The notes beneath the pieces are model-generated. The model saw nothing but the letters and a program-made list of their open reading frames with translations. It made no database searches and was not told the origin of the DNA. Positions 28,661 through 36,566 of a stretch of 64,000 bases of DNA are shown here, piece after piece. The position numbers were made by a program, and so were the translations under genes. How positions within the stretch are numbered: position 1 is the stretch's first letter; each line of letters opens with the position of its first letter. The DNA comes from Puniceicoccaceae bacterium. Its GTDB lineage: Bacteria > Verrucomicrobiota > Verrucomicrobiia > Opitutales > Oceanipulchritudinaceae. Location of the stretch: the NCBI GenBank assembly GCA_040830765.1, contig JBFOMH010000028.1, positions 31,089 through 95,088 of the forward strand, given 5' to 3'.

Positions 28661-29980
28661 ATGAAGGATCCCAAAGCGCTTTTCCCGTTTCTCTTTGCCT
28701 CAAGCTGGCTGGGAAACTTGTTGCTCACGATATTGGCGTTCTACCTCGCCTTCTCCCATGAGGGTCCTCTGACGCCATTGGTTTTCCTGACCGTTGCCTT
28801 GTGCATTCTGTCGGGAAACGCCCTGCCCATCGGGGTCTATATGATTCTGGTGCGCTGGCGGGCGGATGAACTGAAGGCAGAGTCGGCAGAAGCCACTCTG
28901 CGGGTGCGGGATGCGCTGGTCCGCTCCGAAGAGGTCATGGCCCGGCTCGATGAAGCCGAAGGGGCCTTGTCCAAGAGCACCCTCGTTGCCCGTCAGGTCC
29001 CAGAGCGCATCAAGGCCAGCTTTGAACAGGTGGATCAGCTGGCGGAAAAGCTGGAGACCCTCGAGCTCAACTCGTTCACAGAGGCGCTGGTCCGGCAGGA
29101 ACAGGCAGTCAAGGAACTGAGCGAGCCATTGGAAGCCATCAAGACGGATGTGGGCTCGGTAACCACTGCCGCCACTTCCCTGAAAAAGGACATCAAGGGG
29201 GTCCCCGCGGCGCTGGAGAAGATCATGGCCGAAGTGGCCTCAAGGACCAGCGAGGGAGGCGAGTCTGAGATCGATGTCTCAGCCATGGAGCGACTCGACT
29301 TGGTTTTTGAAACCCTCGAAGGGATCCAGGATTCCCTTGATGGTCTCCTGCAACGCATGGCCGAACTGAGGTCCATCGCCCCGGAGCCGGAAGCAAAACC
29401 AAAACAACCGGAACCGGAGGATATAGAGGAAGAGGGGCCTGCAGAGACGGAGGAAGAACCAGAACAACCGGAGCCGGTAGAGGAAGCCCCGGAACCAGAG
29501 CCGGAGGAAGAGGAGGAGCTGGAAGAAGCAGAGGAAACGGCACCGGAGGAGGAACTGGACCAGCCAGATCCGGAACCCGAACCACAACCGGAGAAGAAGC
29601 CCACGAAAAAGGCGGCCCGAAAGGCTTCCAAGACGAAAAAGCCACCGGAGAAACAGATGATGCTCTCGGATGAGGACGCCAGCGGTGAGGACAGTTTTGC
29701 CTCAGATGGGAGGACCCGTCTCTTTGCCCATGCGATGATTGGAATGGCGAACAAACTCTATATCCGGGGCGACGAGCCCTGGCTTTCCTGGGACGATGGC
29801 CAACAAATGGAGCTGATCGGTATCGGGGAGTTTTCCTGGTCCATCGAAGACCTCAAGGAACCGATGGAGGTCACCTTGTTCCTCAACGATGAACTCGCCG
29901 CGGAAGGCAAGCCAATCACCCTGGAACCGGGTCAGACGGTGCGGGTCAATCCGAAGTTCCCGCAGCAGGATCCGTTTTAA
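28661..29980 (+). CDS. Hypothetical membrane protein: 2 TM, coiled coil, acidic Pro/Glu linker, small C-terminal beta domain
   Basis: Long ORF with typical codon usage, co-oriented with rsmB; C-terminal KLYIRGDEPWLSW. Confidence 0.8.
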   Translation: MKDPKALFPFLFASSWLGNLLLTILAFYLAFSHEGPLTPLVFLTVALCILSGNALPIGVYMILVRWRADELKAESAEATLRVRDALVRSEEVMARLDEAEGALSKSTLVARQVPERIKASFEQVDQLAEKLETLELNSFTEALVRQEQAVKELSEPLEAIKTDVGSVTTAATSLKKDIKGVPAALEKIMAEVASRTSEGGESEIDVSAMERLDLVFETLEGIQDSLDGLLQRMAELRSIAPEPEAKPKQPEPEDIEEEGPAETEEEPEQPEPVEEAPEPEPEEEEELEEAEETAPEEELDQPDPEPEPQPEKKPTKKAARKASKTKKPPEKQMMLSDEDASGEDSFASDGRTRLFAHAMIGMANKLYIRGDEPWLSWDDGQQMELIGIGEFSWSIEDLKEPMEVTLFLNDELAAEGKPITLEPGQTVRVNPKFPQQDPF

Positions 29981-31239
29981 GATTCTTCCGGACCCATCCA
30001 CTTGAAGCCGACGAGGCAGATGTCATCCTCGAACTTGGGCTTGGTGGAGAAATTCTGGAGGTCGGAAAGAATGGCCTTCAATTGCAGGCTGACCGGCTGC
30101 CGGGCATATTCGGTGACGAATTCCGCCAAGCGGGTCTTTCCGTATTGCTCGTTGTCCGGGTTGCTGGTCTCGAAGATTCCGTCGCTGTAAAGCAGCACCA
30201 CATCCCGGGGATCCAGATCCTGCTCTACGGTCAGGTATTCCATCTCCTCAAAGAGGGCGAGGGCAGGCGCGCGATGGGGATCATGAATGCTGGCTGACAG
30301 GTGGCACTTGCTGGAATAGCGAATGGGTCTGGGGTGGCCGGCGCTGCAAAAGCGGACATGGCCGCTCGCTGTATCGACTATCAGGTACAGTGCGGTAATG
30401 AACATCACATCCTTGGAGTTCTGGAAGATCGGGCAGATGCGCTGGTTGAGGTGGGTCATGAACTCTCCGGGATCGCTCTCGATGGGGGAGAGTTCCTCAA
30501 TCAGGGAGCGGACGATGGCCGTGCCCAATGCGGCGCGAACGCCATGACCCATGACATCACAGAGGAAGACGCCAGCCTCGGTGGGCGAGATGCGCTTGAT
30601 GGAACAGAGGTCACCCCCGACATATCCGCACGGTTCCGCATAGTGGGCAAATTCGATGTGGCTTTCCCCGTCGGCAGCGTTCTCTGGGAAGTCCGGATAG
30701 CTCTTCGGGAAAAAGGCTTTCTGCAATTCCCCGGCAACCCGCACATCCTCTTCCATTTCCTCCTGCAGGCGCTGGTTTTCAGAAGCATATTCGGCGGCCC
30801 GGAACTCGGCTTCCTTCTTGTCCGTGATATCACGGGAAATGCCAAAGGTTCCGATCACATTGCCATCCGGATCGCGCATGGGGACCTTTGTCGTGGAGAC
30901 CCAGGTGACACTTCCGTCCGGCCAGGTTTCCTTTTCCTCGAGTCCGACGAGCGGTTCCCCGGTGGCGATGATATTCTCTTCATCCTCGAGGGCCTGCTGG
31001 GCGTGGTCCTCGGTGAAGACGTCGGCATCGGACTTGCCGATTGTGTCCTCCATGTCCTTGAAGCCGTGCTTGTGCATGCAACTGTCGTTGACCAGCAGGA
31101 AGCGTGACTTGCGGTCCTTGAAGTAGATCGAGTCGTTGATGTTCTCGAGGATGTTTTGCAGGTAGACTTTTGCCTCCTGCGGACTGAGGGACCATGTATG
31201 CTTTTTCAGCTTGGCCAGTCTTTTCAGGGGATTCTTCAT
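29977..31239 (-). CDS. PAS/PAC + SpoIIE (RsbU-type PP2C) phosphatase
   Basis: IYFKD..., WVSTTKVP..GTFGISRDIT PAC; VGGD, DVMGHG, SAGH, YSDG, DD motifs. Confidence 0.92.
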   Translation of the reverse strand: MKNPLKRLAKLKKHTWSLSPQEAKVYLQNILENINDSIYFKDRKSRFLLVNDSCMHKHGFKDMEDTIGKSDADVFTEDHAQQALEDEENIIATGEPLVGLEEKETWPDGSVTWVSTTKVPMRDPDGNVIGTFGISRDITDKKEAEFRAAEYASENQRLQEEMEEDVRVAGELQKAFFPKSYPDFPENAADGESHIEFAHYAEPCGYVGGDLCSIKRISPTEAGVFLCDVMGHGVRAALGTAIVRSLIEELSPIESDPGEFMTHLNQRICPIFQNSKDVMFITALYLIVDTASGHVRFCSAGHPRPIRYSSKCHLSASIHDPHRAPALALFEEMEYLTVEQDLDPRDVVLLYSDGIFETSNPDNEQYGKTRLAEFVTEYARQPVSLQLKAILSDLQNFSTKPKFEDDICLVGFKWMGPEES

Positions 31240-31332
31240 CTGGAAGAGGAAAACTTATGACATTCCCGAAAATTCGCCAATATAAATATAGATTGGCTGC
31301 GTCGCGCCCCGCTTCACTTCGTTTCGCGGGGT

Positions 31333-31394
31333 ATGCTTCGTTCTAGTCTCACTTCTGCATGGCTGTGCCATGCGAAGTTCGAAGAACGAAGCAT
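31333..31394. repeat. Nested inverted repeat abutting the tRNA-Met 3' end
   Basis: atgcttcgttct...agaacgaagcat outer arms with inner gcatggc-tgt-gccatgc. Confidence 0.7.
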
Positions 31395-31470
31395 GGTAGC
31401 AGGGGCCGGAATTGAACCGGCGACCTCAGGCTTATGAGTCCCACGCTCTAACCAACTGAGCTACCCTGCC
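31394..31470 (-). tRNA. tRNA with CAT anticodon (probably elongator tRNA-Met)
   Basis: GGCAGGGTAGCTCAGTTGGTTAGAGCG-TGGGA-CTCATAA-GCCTG-AGGTCGCCGGTTCAATTCCGGCCCCTGCTACCA; no C1:A72 initiator mismatch. Confidence 0.92.
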
Positions 31471-31526
31471 ACGTTAAGAGGAAGTTATCATAGGGCCCTT
31501 GTCGGCAAGTCAAGCCGCAATGGGTG

Positions 31527-31560
31527 AAAAAAACGGCCCCGCCGTGGAGGCGGAGCCGTG
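31527..31560 (-). terminator. Rho-independent terminator of glnII
   Basis: Minus strand acggctccgcc-tccac-ggcggggccgt followed by T-run. Confidence 0.85.
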
Positions 31561-31594
31561 AAAAGGAACGTTAGTGATGAAATGGACAGGTTCC

Positions 31595-32605
31595 CTAGTT
31601 GGTCGGGACTTCCTCGATTGTCTTGAGGACACGACCGACAATCTTGTAGGGATCGCCCTGGGAATTCGGACGACGATCTTCCAGGTAACCCTTGTAGTCA
31701 TTCTTGATGAAGCTATGGGGGACCCGGACGGAAGCGCCGCGGTCAGCAACACCCCAGGAGAATTTGTCGATGGACTGGGTCTCGTGGAGGCCGGTGAGGC
31801 GCAGATGGTTGTCCGGACCGTAGGCGGCGATGTGCTCGTCACGGTTCTTCTCGAAAGCATCCATGAGGGCCAGGAAGTAGTCCTTGCCGCCAACTTCACG
31901 CATGTGCTTGGTGGAGAAGTTGCAGTGCATTCCGGAACCATTCCAGTCACCGCTCAGCGGCTTGCAATGGTACTCAATCTGCACCCCGTACTTTTCGGTC
32001 AGGCGCTGGAGGAAGTAACGGGCAACCCAGATGTCGTCAGCGGCGCTCTTGGAGCCCTTGGCGAAGACCTGGAATTCCCACTGGCCCTTGGCCACTTCGG
32101 CGTTGATGCCTTCGTGGTTGATGCCGGCCTCGAGGCAGAGCTCAAGGTGCTCGTCGGCAATGGAGCGGGCGATGTCACCCACGTTTTCGTAGCCAACGCC
32201 GGTGTAGTACTTGCCCTGGGGACCCGGATAACCAAATTCCGGGAAACCGAGCGGGCGGCCTTCCTGCATCATGAAATATTCTTGTTCCAGACCAATCCAG
32301 GTGTCCGGATCGTCAAGGACCTTGGCCCGGAAATTGGACGGGTGGGGGTCACCGCTCGGGAGGTAAACCTCACAGAGGACGATGAACGCGTTATTGCGGC
32401 CGGCGTCCGGATAGAGCCGGACGGGCTTCAGGATACAATCCGAATCGCTACCTTCGGCCTGTTCGGTTGAACTGCCGTCAAAACCCCACTCAGGACAGTC
32501 GTCGACCGTCTTCGGAGCTTCGCTTACGATTTTGGTTTTCCCACGAAGATTCGGCTCCGGCACGTAGCCGTCGAGCCATACATACTCAAGCTTGTATTTC
32601 GCCAT
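31595..32605 (-). CDS. glnII: Glutamine synthetase type II
   Basis: 336 aa; LEYVWLDG, WGFDGSST, GINAEVAKGQWEFQ, DWNGSGMHCNFST, RLTGLHET, YLEDRRP. Confidence 0.93.
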   Translation of the reverse strand: MAKYKLEYVWLDGYVPEPNLRGKTKIVSEAPKTVDDCPEWGFDGSSTEQAEGSDSDCILKPVRLYPDAGRNNAFIVLCEVYLPSGDPHPSNFRAKVLDDPDTWIGLEQEYFMMQEGRPLGFPEFGYPGPQGKYYTGVGYENVGDIARSIADEHLELCLEAGINHEGINAEVAKGQWEFQVFAKGSKSAADDIWVARYFLQRLTEKYGVQIEYHCKPLSGDWNGSGMHCNFSTKHMREVGGKDYFLALMDAFEKNRDEHIAAYGPDNHLRLTGLHETQSIDKFSWGVADRGASVRVPHSFIKNDYKGYLEDRRPNSQGDPYKIVGRVLKTIEEVPTN

Positions 32606-32685
32606 AATTTCGATTTATTTCAGGTGTCAGTTGATTAGGAGGGACCGGCCGGCGTGGCCAATCCGTTCCCGTGCGCAGGATCAAC

Positions 32686-32702
32686 TGCACGTTTTGGGCC
32701 AA
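32686..32702 (-). promoter_or_regulatory. Putative sigma54 (-24/-12) promoter of glnII
   Basis: Minus strand TTGGCCCAAAACGTGCA = GG-N10-GC, ~80 bp upstream of ATG. Confidence 0.65.
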
Positions 32703-32759
32703 AATTTCAAGCAACATAAAAATTTTTCCGAATTCTCACCGCCTCGTGGAAATTGACCG

Positions 32760-33308
32760 ATGCCAGAAGTAAAAGACTCCAAGCAAGCGACCGTGCATGT
32801 CGGGTATGATGGACGGGTACACAAGACTTTCCGTGGTCCATTGGCCCAACGACGCTTCCAGAACGAATTGCGGGTCCTGAAGTACCTTGAGCAGCAGAAT
32901 TGTCCCTTTGTCCCGCGGGTATTGGAGCACGATGCGTCAAAATTGTACATGGTCACCACCAATGTCGGCTCGATCGTGGATAAAATTAGCCAGAGCAAAT
33001 TAAACCACCTCTTCCAGGAGTTGGAGCAGTACGGGGTCAAGCACGACGATCCGTATGCCCGCAATGTCACTTACAATGCGGACATGGGCCGCTTCTGCCT
33101 CATCGACTTCGAGTTTGCCCGCATCATTGAGAGCGGGGAGGGCTTCACGCTTGAGGAGCTGGAGGAGCTCAACAAGGGCAAGAAGTACCTCAAGGCAATG
33201 GCTGAACTGGAGGCGATCGAGCAGGAGGCAAAGGAGGAAGAAAGACAAAGGTCAAAAGACAATGGAGCAACCGACAAGGCCCCGGGGCGAAAGGCGAAGG
33301 GCCTATGA
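32760..33308 (+). CDS. Minimal Ser/Thr kinase-like protein
   Basis: VHK lysine, NE helix-C glutamate, HDDPYARN catalytic loop, LIDFEFA; very short C-lobe. Confidence 0.75.
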   Translation: MPEVKDSKQATVHVGYDGRVHKTFRGPLAQRRFQNELRVLKYLEQQNCPFVPRVLEHDASKLYMVTTNVGSIVDKISQSKLNHLFQELEQYGVKHDDPYARNVTYNADMGRFCLIDFEFARIIESGEGFTLEELEELNKGKKYLKAMAELEAIEQEAKEEERQRSKDNGATDKAPGRKAKGL

Positions 33309-34156
33309 GTTCCAGCGAGCGACCGTTGGCGTTTGACCATCATCCCGCAACCGACCTCCGCTGGTGGGGCCTGACGGACAAGGGTCCCTTCCGGAAGAAC
33401 AACGAGGATGCTTTCCTGGCACTGACCTTTAATGCCACCGAAGTGCACTTGCTGGGCAAGGAGGGCGAGGCGGACTTTGATCTGGGAGACTTTGTCTTTG
33501 CGGTCAGCGATGGCATGGGCGGGGCCAATGCGGGTGAATTTGCCAGCCGCATCGCCGTCAGCGCCATTACCCAGCGCTTTCCGGGGCAGTTTCGAAGGGA
33601 GGATCCCAACGGGGACCATGTCCATGAGCGCGTCCTGAAATCCCTTTTCGAGCAGATCCATGCCGAGATGGTTGTCATGAGCCGGCATTACGAGGAGTGC
33701 GCTGGCATGGGAGCCACCCTCAGCATGCTCTGGCTCACCCCTTGGAAAGCTTATTTTTGCCATGCCGGCGACAGCCGTGTTTACCGGCTCAATAAGGACG
33801 GTCAATTGAAGCAGCTGACAGAAGACCACACCCATGTTGGTTGGCTGTTCCGGGAGGGGAAAATCTCTGAGCGCGAGGCCCGTTACCATGAGGGCCGCCA
33901 CATGCTGCAGATGGTCCTCGGGGGCAAGCAGACCAACCTCGTTCCGCAGACCGGTTCGGTCGATATCAAGGAAGGGGACCGGTTTGTCCTCTGCACCGAC
34001 GGTCTGATTGAAGGGCTTTGGGACAGTTCCATCGCCCGGCTCCTGACCAGCCCGCCGCCCCGCCTGGCAGAGGTTACTCCGGCACAGCGCCTCATGGACG
34101 AAGCCCTCTACGAGTCCGGCCGCGACAATACCACGGTCGTCGTGGTGGAATTCTAG
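33305..34156 (+). CDS. PP2C-family Ser/Thr phosphatase
   Basis: RKNNED, VSDGMGG, HAGDSR, LTEDH, LCTDGL, GRDNTT; ATGA overlap with kinase-like gene. Confidence 0.93.
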   Translation: MSSSERPLAFDHHPATDLRWWGLTDKGPFRKNNEDAFLALTFNATEVHLLGKEGEADFDLGDFVFAVSDGMGGANAGEFASRIAVSAITQRFPGQFRREDPNGDHVHERVLKSLFEQIHAEMVVMSRHYEECAGMGATLSMLWLTPWKAYFCHAGDSRVYRLNKDGQLKQLTEDHTHVGWLFREGKISEREARYHEGRHMLQMVLGGKQTNLVPQTGSVDIKEGDRFVLCTDGLIEGLWDSSIARLLTSPPPRLAEVTPAQRLMDEALYESGRDNTTVVVVEF

Positions 34157-34157
34157 A

Positions 34158-34260
34158 TAATCTTAATCTTAGCCTTAATCTTAATCTTAATCTTGATCTT
34201 CCCCAACAGGCCGTGCAAAGGCGCAGGGATCAAGATCAAGATTAAGGCTAAGATTAGGAT
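34158..34260. repeat. Hairpin element with hexamer-repeat arms, copy 1
   Basis: (taatct)n-like left arm, (agatta)n-like right arm, core aggccgtgcaaaggcgcagggat. Confidence 0.85.
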
Positions 34261-34265
34261 CGTAT

Positions 34266-34346
34266 AAAAAGATTCCCGGTTGCCGTCTGCTGACACCAGG
34301 AGACATCCGACAACCGGGAATGGATGAGGGGAATAAACTTCCCTTC
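34266..34346 (-). ncRNA. Candidate sigma54-dependent small RNA
   Basis: Lies between a -24/-12 motif (34357-34372) and a strong hairpin attcccggttgtcg...cggcaaccgggaat + TTTTT on the minus strand; no ORF-track ORF here. Confidence 0.45.
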
Positions 34347-34356
34347 TCTGCCTTTG

Positions 34357-34372
34357 AGCAGGATGCGTGCCC
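34357..34372 (-). promoter_or_regulatory. Putative sigma54 promoter
   Basis: Minus strand GGGCACGCATCCTGCT matches TGGCACG-N4-TTGCW with exact GG-N10-GC spacing. Confidence 0.55.
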
Positions 34373-34440
34373 TTTACGCGGTTAATTGTCTCAATAATTG
34401 GCTTGGATTTCCGGCCGGGGATTCCTAAGGTCTTAGGCCT

Positions 34441-35421
34441 ATGGCCAAAAATATCTTATATGGACTATTATTTATGCTGATTTTAGCGGCAAATCCCTGT
34501 CAGGCCATCCTGGGCAAGCTGATGGACAAGGACGCTGAATCGGAGGAGGGGAAATCCCAGGTGGAACTGCCCGAGTACACGGGCATCAAGCATTCCCTGG
34601 CAGTGGTTGACTTTGACAATCCGCAGAACTGGTACTCGCAATATCGTCTGGGTGCCGCGTTGAGCATGATGCTGGAATCGGCCCTGTTTGAATCGGGTCG
34701 GTTCGTCATCGTTGAGCGTGAGCAACTGGGAAATGTCATTGCAGAGCAGGATTTGGCGGCGAGTGGCCGGGCTGCCCAGTCCGCGCAAGTGGCGCAGACG
34801 GGACTGATCCGGACGGCCAAGTATCTGGCCACGGGGACGGTGACGCGGGTTGATGAGCGGACCCAAGGCAGTGGAGCGGGTATCGGGTACAAGGGATTTC
34901 GCATCGGCGGTGGCGGCAATGAGTCGGAACTGGAAGTGGTGGTGAAGCTGATTGATTCAACGACCAGTCAGGTTTTGGCCAGCAAGCGGATCCTCGGCAA
35001 GGCTGGAGGCAGCAAACTCAATATCGGGTACTACAATCGAGGATTTGGCGGCGACTTAAGTGGATTTGCCGAGACACCGCTCTCGGAGGCCGCCCAGGAT
35101 GCTATTTCGACGGCCGTGGCCTGGATTGCCACCGAAATGGAAGATTACGACATCACCGCCAACATCGTGACCGTGAAGAGTGATAACCTTATCATCATGA
35201 ACCGGGGCGAGAACTATGGAGTCCAGATTGGGGATGTGTTCGTGGTCAGGGAGGCCGGGGAAATCCTTACCGATCCGGATACCGGGGAAGTCCTCGATAT
35301 CTTTGAAGGGGAGGTAACGGGCAAGATTGAGGTCCATCGGGTGGCGGAGAAAATTGCCTATGCCAAGCTGGTCGATGGCGTTGCTCCCAGTCGGGGTGAT
35401 GCGGTTGTCTATGACCGCTGA
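34441..35421 (+). CDS. CsgG/HfaB-family exported protein with FlgT-like C-terminal domain
   Basis: Signal peptide; LAVVDF, SGRFVIVERE..AEQDL, VKLIDSTTSQVL; C-terminal IMNRGENYGVQIGD..LTDPDTGEVL. Confidence 0.75.
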   Translation: MAKNILYGLLFMLILAANPCQAILGKLMDKDAESEEGKSQVELPEYTGIKHSLAVVDFDNPQNWYSQYRLGAALSMMLESALFESGRFVIVEREQLGNVIAEQDLAASGRAAQSAQVAQTGLIRTAKYLATGTVTRVDERTQGSGAGIGYKGFRIGGGGNESELEVVVKLIDSTTSQVLASKRILGKAGGSKLNIGYYNRGFGGDLSGFAETPLSEAAQDAISTAVAWIATEMEDYDITANIVTVKSDNLIIMNRGENYGVQIGDVFVVREAGEILTDPDTGEVLDIFEGEVTGKIEVHRVAEKIAYAKLVDGVAPSRGDAVVYDR

Positions 35422-35448
35422 GACCACCAGCCAACAAGGAACAACAAC

Positions 35449-36294
35449 ATGAATCGGATTCTTCACAGCATTTGTCTCTCCTTGGTTCTCATGCCGGTAT
35501 TGGTCAGTGGCAGGCCGACCATCGGGGTATCGGACTTTGGTACCCAGTATGGGCGGACCCTGCATCGGGTCGTCCCCAACATCATCACCGAGAACCTGAT
35601 CAATTCCGGCCAGTTTGATTTCTACGAACGGGAAAAGCTGGGAACGCTCTTGCAGGAGCAGGGATTCCAGTCATCCGGCATGGTCGACCCGGCAACAGCC
35701 GTGACCTTGGGACGCCTGAGTGGTATCGACTATATCCTTACTGGCGAGATTGTCGACTTTGGCCGCGAGGTCCGGAATTTTTCGGGCTACGGGGTCCGTA
35801 CCACAACGGTTGACTACCGGTTGGAAGTGGCGGTGCGGGTAATCGAGACGGAAACCGGCCGGGTGGTCTTCTCCAAGACCGAAATGGCCGAGGAGCGGCA
35901 GAACCAGGGATCGACCCGGGTGCTCGACACCACCATGGATGCCCGCTTGGGGCGTATTGTAGGTGACCAGCTGTCGCAGGCCCTGCTCAACAGCCCCGTC
36001 TTTGCCGCCCCTGAGGAAAAGCCGGCTCCGGAATCGGCCGTCATCCATATCACCTCCGAGCCCGCCAATGCCTCTGTCGAGATCGATGGGGTCTTCTACG
36101 GCAACGCCGGGGGCAGTTTTGAGCTACCGGCCGGCTTGCACCAAATCCGTATCAGCCTTCCCGGCTACGCGGTCTGGGACAAGAAGGTCATGGTCCGCGA
36201 TGGAGCTTCCTTCCATGTTCCGCTCGTCCGGACTAGTGACATCCGGGTCGAGGTGGAGGAAAACACCAGCATTTCGACCAGCCAGCAGCCGTGA
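35449..36294 (+). CDS. CsgG/HfaB-family protein with PEGA domain
   Basis: Signal peptide; SGQFDFYEREKL..EQ, GRLSGIDYILTG, VRVIETETGRVVF; ITSEPANASVEIDG..GLHQIRISLPGY PEGA. Confidence 0.78.
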   Translation: MNRILHSICLSLVLMPVLVSGRPTIGVSDFGTQYGRTLHRVVPNIITENLINSGQFDFYEREKLGTLLQEQGFQSSGMVDPATAVTLGRLSGIDYILTGEIVDFGREVRNFSGYGVRTTTVDYRLEVAVRVIETETGRVVFSKTEMAEERQNQGSTRVLDTTMDARLGRIVGDQLSQALLNSPVFAAPEEKPAPESAVIHITSEPANASVEIDGVFYGNAGGSFELPAGLHQIRISLPGYAVWDKKVMVRDGASFHVPLVRTSDIRVEVEENTSISTSQQP

Positions 36295-36307
36295 CTCCAT
36301 TTCCTCC

Positions 36308-36400
36308 TAATCTTATTCTTAGCCTTAATCTTAATCTTAATCCCTGCGCCTTTGCACGGCCTCCTTGGTAAAGATCAAGATTAAGGCTAAGATTAAGATA
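36308..36400. repeat. Hairpin element with hexamer-repeat arms, copy 2 (core inverted relative to copy 1)
   Basis: Core atccctgcgcctttgcacggcct at 36340-36362 is the reverse complement of 34208-34230. Confidence 0.85.
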
Positions 36401-36418
36401 AAGGGATACTGGCGAAAA

Positions 36419-36495
36419 TGGTGGGCGCGCGCAGATTCGAACTGCGGACCCCTACCGTGTGAAGATAGTGCTCTAACCAACTGAGCTACGCGCCC
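36419..36495 (-). tRNA. tRNA-Val (CAC)
   Basis: GGGCGCGTAGCTCAGTTGGTTAGAGCA-CTATC-TTCACAC-GGTAG-GGGTCCGCAGTTCGAATCTGCGCGCGCCCACCA. Confidence 0.95.
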
Positions 36496-36566
36496 GTCAC
36501 CTTGTGACAAGGGAAGAAAGACTAGGGATGCGGTTCCGAAATCGACAACGCAAAAATTCGGGAAAA

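Noticed and set aside
34018..34245. Short ORFs reading LNLSLNLNL / ILILALILI (also 36337-36570) and [11 protein letters not shown] (40120-40338)
   Set aside because: Translations of non-coding hexamer/heptamer repeats; one overlaps tRNA-Val.
31394..36495. Genomic island integrated between the two tRNAs
   Set aside because: No integrase, no duplicated tRNA 3' end, and codon usage like the rest of the window.
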